Shown piece by piece: positions 1 through 11,349 of a DNA stretch of 64,000 nucleotides. Every line of letters begins with the position of its first letter. The first letter of the stretch is position 1. The notes beneath the pieces are model-generated. The model did not search any database. It was not told the DNA's origin and worked only from the letters and a program-made list of their open reading frames with translations. Location: assembly GCA_001179505.1 (NCBI GenBank), contig CDMY01000271.1, positions 1-64,000 of the forward strand, read 5' to 3'. Origin of the DNA: Vitrella brassicaformis CCMP3155. Its lineage: Eukaryota; Protista; Chromerida. A program made the position numbers and the translations under genes.

Positions 1-417
1 GGAAAGACAAGGAAAGCATTCTGAGGAGACACGATCTTATCAGCCATCACCGAAGTGAGATCTGTGTTGACCACCCTTCATGATGCCATACATGGACAGA
101 AACAACTTTGACTGACTGGCCAGTCCATCGGTCTTATTAAAGTAAAAGCACTCTTACTCTGGGACTTACCGCCCAGCAGATCCTCTATTCAGCTAACTAC
201 AGGAAAGGTCCTCACCGGCCTTTTCGCACACAATCAACTGGCGCCCTTTGCAGCAGGGGATATGCAGCGTCCCTTCGCAAGTTTAGCTCGCAACCTCCTC
301 GCGGCGCCTAGGACATTGCGTAAAACTGGACGCCGGGTCGTGTTGAAACCGCTCTCTCCCTCAGCGGGCCATTCCCGTTTCATATCAGTTCAGTGGCCAC
401 TGAATTTCCCAGGCAGA

Positions 418-2154
418 ATGGACCTGTTAGCTGACTACGGCTCGGACGAGGAGAAGGAAGCGGCAACCACAGCCAAGGACATCAAGCTTACCGACGTCAA
501 GCCCTCCCCGCCAGCCGCAGTGAGGCCAAAGGCCAAGAAGGTGATCGACTACTCGGCTCTCACGAGCTTCAAGAACCTTCCCGCGCCGTTCGCATCGCCC
601 AGCGAGTCAGCGACGTCAGGGAAGCACGACCACCACGACCAGGAGGATGCCGGTGAGGCTCCCTTGAAGCAGAAGGCGCTGGAGGCGGCGGCCAATCGCA
701 GGAAGAGGAAGGCTGTTGGGTTGCTGAGCGCGTTGCCGAAGCCGAAGAGGGTCAGCCATGAGGAGGAGGTCCTCAGGGTCAAGCTTACAGCCGCTGACAA
801 GGCGGGCAAGAATGGGCGAGAGGAGCAGGCGGCGGCGGGGGGTGCGGAGGGTGTGGAGGGTGAAAGGCGGCGGGGTGGCCAGGTGGATGAGGATGAGGAA
901 GAGGAAGATGGGCATGAGGATGTGATCTTCGGTAATGGTGGTGGCCTGCCTGCCGCTGATGCTGACGCGGATCGTGGCGATGATGGTGGAGAGGAGGAGA
1001 AGAAGAGCGTCTCCAAGGATAAGGGGACAGGTACGCCACGCCCGCTGCAGGAACACAAGCACACCACAACCATAGCCCATAGCATCATCTGCCTGACCTT
1101 TCTGACTGTCTGTCTGTCTGTCTGATCAGTGTTGGACAGCGGTTTCTTCACGCTGGTCGACCCTGACTATGGCGACGATGACGAACAAGACGACGAACCA
1201 CAACAGCCACAGCCACAGCCTACCCTGCCCCCTGGCCCCTCCCTCCCATCTCACCCGTTGATCCCAACCGCCGTCGCGTCATCCTCTTCTGCTTCAGCAG
1301 CAGCAGCAGCAGGAGGGCCACTGGAGGGCCCGTCTCTGCCCGTCGCCGCGGGCCATATGGGCATGCCGCCGCTGGCACCACCCATGGCCTGGGGGGACCC
1401 CGCTGCCATGATGGGCATGGGCATGGCCATGGGCGTGGCTGCCAGCGACCCATGGGCAGACCAGCCAGACGAGAAGAAGGCGCCACGAGTAAGTCAGCCA
1501 GCGGCGAGAGAGCATGCAGGCAGAAGCGGTGCAGCGGGGCGATGGGTGGATGTGATGTTGTCTGTGTGTGTCGCGTGTCGCGTGTCGTGTGTGTATGTCA
1601 GTATGGCGAGTTGCCGGTGGATATGCGCAAGTTTGAGAACGTGCAGACCATCAACGCCGATGACCTCAGAGACAAAGACTGGTAAGACAAGACAAGTCAG
1701 GTCACACCACACCCTTCCCAGGGCACATTTGTTTGTCACAAACACCATACACACCATACCTGTGTCTGTCTATGGTGTGCCAGGCGTCTGAAGAATTCGG
1801 TGGCGGAGGGCGCCAAGGGCGTGTTGGGCATGGGCAGGGAGAAGGCGCCCTGGAACGCCAAGTACTACGACCCCAACTCGGGCAGCACACTCATGAGCCA
1901 CGACCCCACCAAACACCAGAAACGAAAACACCAGGTAGGCACCTACCATAGACATCACAACAATGGCCGGCCACACCATCCATCCATCCATCCATCAGGG
2001 CCGCTTCGCATTCTCTGGCTGTGTGGTTGTGATTGTCGTCACACAGATTGGATACCTTGCCCACGAGGCTCAGGAGAGGGAGCTGGAGTTGTTCGAGGCC
2101 ACTGCACACACGCGGCAGTCCAAGTACCAGACACAGATGAAGTACGGATGGTAG
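418..2154 (+). CDS. PRCC: PRCC-family proline-rich nuclear protein (spliced, 5 exons)
   Basis: Starts MDLLADYGSDEE at ATG 418. GT-AG introns (first 1031-1129) give a C-terminus ...KHQKRKHQ|IGYLAHEAQERELELFEATAHTRQSKYQTQMKYGW* (stop 2152-2154), matching the PRCC C-terminal signature (KHQI-YLA-A-ERE-EL...TQ-KYG). Confidence 0.85.
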
Positions 2155-2800
2155 ACAGACAGAACAGACGACCTGTAGGGGGATCGGTGTGGGTGTCGGT
2201 CGATGTGCGTGCATCTTTTTTCATTCGCTGCGATCGAGTGCTTTCGTTGTGCGCTGCTTTGACCGTGGTGGTTGGACTGAGTCAAGGACCGGGGGATGCA
2301 CTTTGTTGTGGGGTGGGTGGGTGCATCACTCATCCATCCATCCATCAACGTGGCGAGTGTGATGTACCTGATCGGTCTGCACAAGCGACCCCCATATATG
2401 CACAGCACAGACAGACAGACACCAGCCAGAGTATACACAGCCACCCACCCTTCTGTCTGTCTGTCTATAGACACCTTACACACTACAAAACACATCCATC
2501 ACCCCAGCAGGCACGGCAGCATCTCTCTACCTACACATCCATACCCTCCCATCCATCCCATGCATGCACTCATGTCATGCAGCCATCTCCCTCCCTCCCT
2601 CCCTCCCCAAACCAACCCTCCCATCTACATGTACACCGCCCCCCGCGACGAGAACAAGATCGACAGGCCGGGTATCTTGGCCGCCCCGCCTGACGTGACG
2701 CCATGGCATGCCATGGCATGCACACCAATGAAACAATCAAAACAGCCAAGAGAACACACCATACCATCAATCAGACTCTTGCTATGTCAAGTGATTCTTG

Positions 2801-5800
2801 CTATTTACTTGGGAGCCGTGGCCGCTTGTTCTCAGGTGTGCCTCTGCCCATGCCTCCTCCACTGGCTGCCGGTCGCTTCTTGCTGGGCGAGACGGGGCCG
2901 TCGTTGAAGAGCAGCGGTGAGCGGGGAGGGACGCCCGGGACGGAGGGCAGGGAGGGCACAGACGACACGGATGGCGTCGGGGAACCGCCCCTGCTGTCAT
3001 CTTCCTCCTCCTCGTCTTCCTCCAGCCGCTCCCCTTGTTGCTGCTGCTGCTGCCGCTGCTGTGGTGGTGGTGGTGGTGGTTGGTCGTGTGGTGGGATTGG
3101 CATTGGTGTGGGTGTGGGTGTGGGTGTGGGTGCGGTTGATGGTGTCGGCACGGCGGGGGACCAGTGGAGGGCCTGGCAGTCCGGATCGCTACACTCGCCT
3201 GCACACATGGATGGATGGAAGGAAACAAGGACATCATCCGTCCATCCGCTGCCTACCTATTGCGAGATAAGTGGGGCAGAGCTTCGCACGATGCGCAGGG
3301 TCCAGGGGAACCTGTAAGTCCGACAACCACACCAGCGGACACACAGAGAGAGAGACATAACGACTTGGACAGTGAGGTCTTTGTTTGTCCGTCGTTTGTC
3401 GTGAACTGGTGATAGACAGACAGACCCTGGGATGCACGAGCAAAGCCTGGCACTCCGGCGTGCAGAGCTCAGCTGCGGACAAGAGATCCGACATGGATGG
3501 TGGATGCGGAGAGAGAATGTGTTGTGACGCCAATCAATCAGTGTGCCGTCGCGTCGCTTACGTGCTACGAGTGCCGTGAGGCACATGTGGCGGCCTGTGT
3601 TGGGGTCTATCAGATGGGGCGACACGTCCATCGGCACACCCACATCGTACAAACAGTACGCCACCTGACACACAACACACAACACAACACAACACAACAC
3701 AAGACACTCAAGAGCCCACGTGCGGCAGAGAGCAGACATCCATGGAGCCATCCATGTATCTCTGTGTGTGTGTGTGCGCCGGGGAATCAGGGCAAGGATG
3801 ACTACAGGATATGAGTATCAGCATCTGCGGCCCTCCCACTCTCTCTGAGAGAGATGATGGCAGGGGTCTAAGTCGGGGGCAATCCGATTCATCCTCTCCC
3901 CCACACACACACGTCTATTCACCACACACACACCCTCCCCTCCCCTCCCCCACTCGTACCTTGACAATGTCATCCTCTACGTCTGCATACGGAGGCTCCT
4001 CGCCCCGCAGCACGCTCAGCTCGTCAAAGTACCGACGCCACCCCTCCAGCACCACCGTCTGCTCGTCCTCACTGAGGCGCGTCAGTGCCGCCAGGAACGA
4101 CCGGATGCTCCTGGGGCGGCGCAGCGGCGACTCGACTATCAACACGTCACCAGAGCACACGCCCTCCTGCATGAGACAGGTGTGTTGGCGAGAGATGGAT
4201 GAATAGATTGGTGATTGGTGGATTGCGTCCGTGGGTCACCTCACCTACCTTGCTGTGTATTGGCACCAGGTCTTTGGTCGTTCGTTGCCCCACATCGCCG
4301 CACAGCTCGTCCGCTACCGAGACGCGTGAAGTGAAGTCACCATATCTGGCCAGGGCCCGCTCCAGCAGTGCCCTCAGCTTGGCATACGGCGGGCGCCTCG
4401 CCGCTGCCGCATCGACACTTGACGCGCTGCTACTGCTACTGCCGCCCTCTGCATCGTCCGCCTCCAACAACGGCACCCACTCCAGCTGCATTGCACACAC
4501 ACACACCTACAGATGGACTGACTTGTCTCTGGTTCACTGATCGATGGCACGCTGACCAATTCGATCGGTAGGGCATTGGGTATGTCGCTAGCGGGGAGGG
4601 AGAGGGGTCTGAGGTCTCTGGCTGTGGTGTGGTGGTGGGCCGTGCTGGCAAACAGTGGGGGCGGGACGTGGGCATGGCCGTGGTGGTGGGTGTCGGTGCT
4701 GTCCTCGCGCCTCGCTGGGCGTTGGAGGCGTCTGATGGCGTTGACGAGGAAGAGCTTCTTGTCCGCCATGATGCAAAACTTGTCATCGTCCTGCAAAACA
4801 GGAACGGGTGGAGACACACAAGCGAATTCAATTGCCCACATGACACCCAGGTCGCTGACTGACGTCCGTGCATACGTACGTGGTATCGTTGCCACGGCAG
4901 AGTGCCCAGCATGAGCTCCGCCAGCAGAAACAGCAGCGACCTGTGGAGGAAGGCGGGCAGACATCGACCAAAGCACATCCTGTCCCTCCTGACTGATTGT
5001 CTTCATCCTACCAGAGATCGTCTATGCGTGTGAGTGCCTCCAGTTGGTGTGCGGCGATCGAGCAGTACTTGGGGGCGCCGTGGAAGGGCGGGGGCCGCTT
5101 CTCGCGACGACGACTAACACACCTGCATACTCATCGAATGCATGCCTTGCCATCGCCTCCGCATGAACACACGAGTGCGACATAGTACCTGTCTGTGTCT
5201 GTGTAGTCTTTGGCCGAGCGGAAGTCTATCAGATGGACAGAGTCACGGGACGCACCTGACCCATCACACACAGATATCACATCGTCCGTGTCGTGCAAGT
5301 GCATTGCAGCCAGCATTTGTTTGCCCATCCATCCCTACCTCTGCCCATGACGAGATGCCCAGGCTTGACGTCCCTTGGCAATCCACACACACAGACCAAT
5401 GAATGCACAGACGTTCACACACAAACGGGTCATTCATTCGGCTCTCGTCGTAGGTATACCTGTGTATCAGCCCTCGGTCATGAACGCTCTTGAGTGTGTC
5501 CAGGACCATGCACTGATTGATTGATCACATTGAAGGAAAGGAAGAAGCACACAACGGAGAATATTCAGTCGAACCATCAGCTCACATCATCCCTTCTGTG
5601 CAGTCAGTCAGTGCGTTCGTTGTTTCTTCTTCCTCACCCCCAGCCTCATTGTGGTTGGGATGGAGAGCCTCTCCCGCGCGGCGCACACGAGGGACAGCGA
5701 GGGGCCGCCCAGCTCCATCACCACAGATGCGCAGCCTCTGACACGACACGACACGCATCGCGACAAAGATAAAATAAAAACACGGGCCGTCCGAGCATCC

Positions 5801-6328
5801 ATCACTGAGTGCCGGGGTCGGGTTATATATATACCCTTGTTCGCTGCGTTGGTAGAACCCATGGACCTTCAAGATACCAACACAACCTGGCATGGCAACA
5901 CGACACCCGCAGTTACACCCACAGCACTCCTCCTGTTGCATCCCCTGCCTCCCCTGTCTGCTCACCCACCTTCGAGCGCGACCATGCACTCGGCCTCGTG
6001 TGCCAGTGCATCGTCAGCGCCGCAGCCCCCCTCGCTCCCGCCCTGCGCGCACTTGATGGCCACGAACGATTCCCCACACCCATCGTTGCGCTCATCGTAT
6101 GCAGCAAAGACCGACGCTGGTCAGGTCAGAGAAGGAAGAATGGATCGATCCATCCATCCATCCATCCATCAATGGGTCGTGCATCTCTCATGTGGCGTGG
6201 TGGCGCTTACATGCTCTGTCTATCTGCCGCATGATGCGGTATCTGCCGTGCAGGACGGGCTCCTCCTCATCGGGTGGCGCTTCGAGGATGGAGTCGTTGA
6301 TGAGCTCCTGGCTGTAGAGCTCGCCCAT
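2801..6328 (-). CDS. Casein kinase 1/TTBK-family kinase-like protein with degenerate catalytic motifs and a C-terminal CCCH zinc finger (multi-exon)
   Basis: Spliced translation: MGELYSQ...YRIMRQIDRA..VF...FVAIK...HEAECM...VVMELGGPSL...VHDRGLIHRDVKPGHLVMGR...HLIDFRSAKDY...FHGAPKYCSIAAHQLEALTRIDDLWSLLFLLAELMLGTLPW. Later exons give LCPTYLAIGECSDPDCQALH (C-x8-C-x4-C-x3-H) and a low-complexity tail ending KRPRLPSK* at 2801. Confidence 0.8.
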
Positions 6329-6407
6329 CTCAGCGCATCGATGCGCCCTCTGGCTGAGTGCGTTTCACGCAACTTGAAGGCCTGAAACTTGGGGCAACGC
6401 AGGAAAG
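6329..6407. promoter_or_regulatory. Putative compact bidirectional promoter between divergent start codons
   Basis: Only 79 bp separate the kinase-like ATG (6328, -) and the RING gene ATG (6408, +). The spacer contains the perfect palindrome GCGCATCGATGCGC at 6333-6346. Promoter function is inferred. Confidence 0.5.
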
Positions 6408-7747
6408 ATGACGGAGGTGCTTAATTTCGGTAGGTGGCGCGGGCACACCTTTGAAGATGCACGAGGTAAGGGTGAAGCACAAGAAAGCCCCTTCTCCTTT
6501 CGTCCTTTCCTGTCATCCTGTTGTCGTACGTGTTGTCATGTTTTGTAGACCGTGACCCCGAGTACTGTGAATGGGTGCTCAGTCAGCGCCCTCTCCCCAA
6601 CAACACCAACTTTGCTAGTTTTCGTGGGTGGCTACAAGCGAACCCGCCGGCTATTGATGTTGACGACGACGACTTTGGCTTTGCTATGGCTATGCTGGCC
6701 CCATCGCCTGCGCCTGCTGATTATGGATCTGCACGGCAGGAGAGGGCGGGTCCGATGCCCAGCGCCGGGCCATACAACGGCTGTCATCGCACGCTGACGC
6801 ACGGGTAGGATGAATGAACGAGTGCCTCTCTCCTCATGCCCTCATGCTGGTTGGCTGTGCTTGTTTGCGTTCTTGGCTCCCTTTTCTTCTCAGGGATGTG
6901 TGTCGGAACACGACTTTGAGGGTTCATGGCATGTCGCGAGTAGAGAGGCTCCTTTCTTCTCGTCCGCCAGAGGACTTCACGCCGTTTCTTGCCACCAAAG
7001 GCACCAGCGGCGGCCGCAGCGGATGGTGACGGACAAGCAGCGGCGGCGGCGGCGAGCGGCTCAGCGACTGCCGGTGGACAGCAGGGTATTGGCGAGGGGG
7101 CGATAGTTGGGACGGCTGGGAGGATTCAGTTTGAACAAACCATCGCGAACGGAGTACCTTTGAATGTCGCCCCCTACCACCCGAACTTCCGACACTTGCC
7201 CCTGCCTGGTAGGCATGAATCTCCGTGTGGTCGATCAGCAGTCACGTGTTGTGATGGTTTTGTTGTCGGTGTTGTTCAGTTTGTGGCATCCCTGTAGAAA
7301 CAGCATACACAGCCCCAGTCGCAGTGGCGACAACTCCCGCTTCCAGGCCGAGTCCGCCTCCTGAGCCCGAGCAGGATGTGTGTAGTATCTGTCAAGACGA
7401 GCTTCGTTCGCTGCAGGTGCTGAGACAGATCAACGGATGTGGGCATGCCTTCCACGGTACGCGCGAGGGGGAAAAATGAGTGTCTTCCTTGCACATGGAA
7501 TCTGCTGCGTGTTCTCTTCTCATGTGTTCATTTCCCTCTTTGATTCAGCCGAGTGTTTGGATGGTTGGTTGAAGACGCATTCGACGTGCCCGATGTGTCG
7601 GCTCTCGCTGCACAACAGTCACACGGTGAGCAACCTTTCATTTTCCATTCACCCGAGGATCATGCGCGCACCTTTGGTTGCATCTGTCGGTGTCTGCAGT
7701 CGCACGCAAGTAGGGCTCAGCGGACGAGCGAACGGGCGCATCGTTGA
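6408..7747 (+). CDS. RING-H2 E3 ligase with an N-terminal FG-R/K-x-x-G (ExoX C-terminal-like) domain
   Basis: Exons 1+2 give MTEVLNFGRWRGHTFEDARDRDPEYCEWVL. Later exons give CSICQDELRSLQVLRQINGCGHAFHAECLDGWLKTHSTCPMCR, a canonical C3H2C3 RING-H2. Confidence 0.8.
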
Positions 7748-8725
7748 GTTCACTGAATGGAGAAGACAGAGTGAATGCCGAGACAAGAAGCGTCTCTGCA
7801 CTGACTGTGTCAACTTCAAGCGCGGCACGTGTGCGACTCGCTCGCGTCGTTTGTCTATCGCCCTCGCGCGTGCAACTAGCTACTGTCTGCGTGGGGGAGG
7901 GAGGGGTGGTTTGCTGGGCTGGGGTGTGTGATGGGGCGGGGATCGATCCCTCCTCCCCTCGAGCTTGCTTGACTCTGCGTGCTCAGGGAACTGTTTATTT
8001 ATGGGTGTCGCGGACACACAGATGAGGGTTACGGGTAGTGCAAGTTGTCACATAGAAGACAGAGTTTGTGGCGCCGGCCTGGGTGGTGTTGGTGTGGAAG
8101 GTGGACTGCTTGCTTGTGATGAGCAAGGATGTGCGTGTGGTGATTCTTCGTGTCGTGGATCTGTATCAAATGTGTATTTGGGCCCGGGATGGGTACGAAT
8201 AGTACGTTGACTGCAGCCCTACCCTGCCCTGCAGTACGACGTCCCATCACTCAACACGCGGGCAAAACATAACTGACAATGACAATCTAGTGGTGCCAAC
8301 CATCATCGACATACATCGATCTCTCTCATTTCACCCCCAACACACAGGACGCAAGACACAAGACACATAGCATGAGTCGTGCATGTATGTCTCGGCCTGT
8401 CCTCTGGTGAGGAAGAGCAGTCACGCAATGGCCGACATTCCGCAGTTATGTACACATGGAAAGTACAGCCAGGAATTGCATCAACGGACATACACCAGAT
8501 AAGAGGAAAAACGGCATGTATATAAAAAAGTGCACAGACAAGGGCTTTATCTGCATGTGTCATGCAATCATGACATTGCACCACACCCAAGGAACACCTA
8601 CTCTCTCTCTCTCTCTCTTGTGAGGGAACAGCACAGCCCAGCACAGCACGGTAGGTCACTTAGCACGTGCAGACGTTGAGCTCATACTTCAGCAAGGAGG
8701 TTGCCGCGCGCGTTGATGGGTGTAT

Positions 8726-10570
8726 TCAGAGCAATATAAAGATAGACAGACACCAAGACAGTCGTATGCGCGTGGATGCCTTTCTGCACGCAGGTGCCTG
8801 CCCACCTGAGCCAGGATTGGGCTTGTTGACACAGCCGGTCGCATACGAGCCATGGATGCCAAAATGTGCGTTGCCAGACATAGAGTGCTGACGACAGAAG
8901 TGGACAAATGACGAGTGTGACGATTTGTTCTCAGCCTGAGTCACATACTCACGTCAGTGCTCTTGATAAGCTGCCCGCAATGGTTGCAAAAGCTCGTCTG
9001 ACTACGGCACTGACGAGTCTGACCACATCAATTGACCCAGTGAGAAGGCGCATGTGTGTGGTCGTGTGTCATTCTCACCTGACACCTAATACAGTTACAG
9101 CCATCACCCGGGCCGAGCTTGCCCCACGCCTTGCACGTCGGGCATCGCTGCACAAGACAATCCGAAACAATGCTCTCTGCACGAACACATGCCGCGGATG
9201 CCGCGTACTCACCTGGCAGTTTTCCTTCTGTGTGAACTGAACGAACTTCTCGTCCGCCTGTGAGTTCTCTGCCTTCCACTTCTGATACTCCTCACACGTG
9301 CCGGTGTGAGCCTCTGCCATGCAGGCAAGGCAGATGGTTTTTTCACACGTGGGACACGTCACCTGCATGAATCAGCATACATGGAATGTTGCCTGTATGT
9401 GTGTGTGCAACTTCAATGCATCCATCGTCGGTATCCGTACCTTCTTCTGGTCCTTGCCGATAATGAACAGAGCACCACACGAGGCCTTGTTGACCATGAT
9501 CGGGCACTCGCTGCAGCATGAATACATGTACAGGTGATTGACGTGTCCACTGTCGCATGACGTGTCACATGCACGGATATGTGAGGGCGCTTGCCGACAT
9601 TCTCTCTTCGTCTTCTCCGAATGACAGGTTCCTGATGCTGAAGACGACAGACAGACAGAGAGACCAAACGATGCGCCGTGTGCCCATGTCAGACGTCCCT
9701 GTTTGCGCGTACCGAAGCCTGTTGAATCTCTCGTACTGCTTTGGGGTGAGAAGGAGCTGAAGCTGCTCCTCGGTCATCGGCTGGCGACAGACAGACACGC
9801 AAGCAATCACACGATGCGCATAAGTGTGTGTGAGTGTTGACGCTGAGTGACGGTGCTTGCCGACCGACCTCGCCGCATCTCTTCATCTCGTCGTTGACCT
9901 CAGGACATGAAAGATCCGACGCTGGTCATGCAAGGCAAGCACAGACAGGGAATGGATTGTGTGCGCTCGTGCGGCCATGTGCCGGGGCGGGCGAGGGGCA
10001 GGAGTCATACCAGAGCCGGTTCCGTGGTCGATGACACTCTCGACGAAATCAAGGGAGCAATCCCTGAACTCGCAAAGGACAGAGCAAGGACACCCGTGAG
10101 CTGCGTCTTGCAGCCATCAGTCCTGCACCACCCCTACTTGCACAGGCGATGCCCGCACTTGAACTCAGTCAGGCATTTGTCGAGGCTGCACTCTTCCTTG
10201 CATAACAAGCCTGGGTGGACAGAGTTCAAAGTTAATGCACGCTCTGACTCATGTGGCATTAGTCCTCATTACACGTGAAGCAGCCGAGCGCGGATATCAT
10301 CCGAGAGTTGTCTGCACAACACAGCCGAGCGCAGCGGGCACACACTCATGTTACTGACACGTACGGCTGGCGTCCAGCCGCTCACCTGCCATCGCTTGCA
10401 ACTTCATAGCCATCTCTCTGTCTGTTTCTATCTGCTCTTGCAGCTGCACAGAGGAACGCCCATCCAGGAACATGCACACACCAGCAGTACAGCAATGGTC
10501 AAGAGGATCTATCGATGTATGTGATTTCCTTATCGTCCTTCCCGTTGACCTCTTGTGACGGTGAGTCCAT
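8726..10570 (-). CDS. RBR (RING1-IBR-RING2) E3 ubiquitin ligase; ends approximate
   Basis: RING1 fragment LCKEECSLDKCLTEFKCGHRLC; IBR QVTCPTCEKTICLACMAEAHTGTCEEYQKW; RING2 RCPTCKAWGKLGPGDGCNCIRCQCRSQTSFCNHCG. Putative start MDSPSQE at 10570; the last exon is uncertain. Confidence 0.8.
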
Positions 10571-11038
10571 AGCGCAGAGGCTGAGGCTGCGGAGGCACGC
10601 CTGGAACAGCATTGAAAAAAGGCGACGCAGACGAACAAGACTCAGGCACGTGCACTGACCGCGGGGAGGAAGACTAGGGAAAGAAAGAGTGGACAAAGCA
10701 AAGTGTTTTGCCTCTAGCGTACTTTTTTGCTTGCCCTAACTCACAAATGGATTGACCGTTTCGGATGAGCACGAACGCGAAGTTCATTCATTCATGGCCA
10801 TGCACATATGTAGTCAATCGACACACACATGTAAGAGGTCCACACCCACCTTCCCCTCACAGCTGTGAGTCTGTACAGCAATCACCCCAGCAAGTACTGT
10901 AAGTGAGTTTCTCCCCCCGCTCAGCACCGACCAGCGGTAGCGGAGCAGCCCTCGGCGCACCCGGCAAAGCAAGAGAGGCAAAAACAGCAAGCAGCCATCG
11001 ACGCAACCAAGCGATGGCTAGCTCGATGCATCCATCAA

Positions 11039-11314
11039 TCACGGCACAGTGGTGGAGATGCATTGGCTTGGGATGGTGGGCAGGTCCATCTCTCCGGCGA
11101 TTCGCAGGTTGGTGTCGTACATGATGGCCATGGCCTGGTATGTGGCCCACACGGCGATGGCCAGCAGCAGGAACAGCTGCGGCCGGTCGATCATCAGCTG
11201 ACGCGCACTGTCATCCAGCTGCTCCACGAAGTTCATGTGTGAACGGCCGCTGTCCTGGCGGCCAAAGGTCACGGCGTCTGCACAACACACCACAGCACAG
11301 CAGAGACACAGGTT

Positions 11315-11349
<35 letters not shown>

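Noticed and set aside
262-417. N-terminal extension of the first ORF (MQRPFAS...)
   Set aside because: PRCC-like proteins begin with an M-x-L-x-x-Y-x-S-D-E-like motif, which matches ATG 418. The upstream part is probably 5' UTR.
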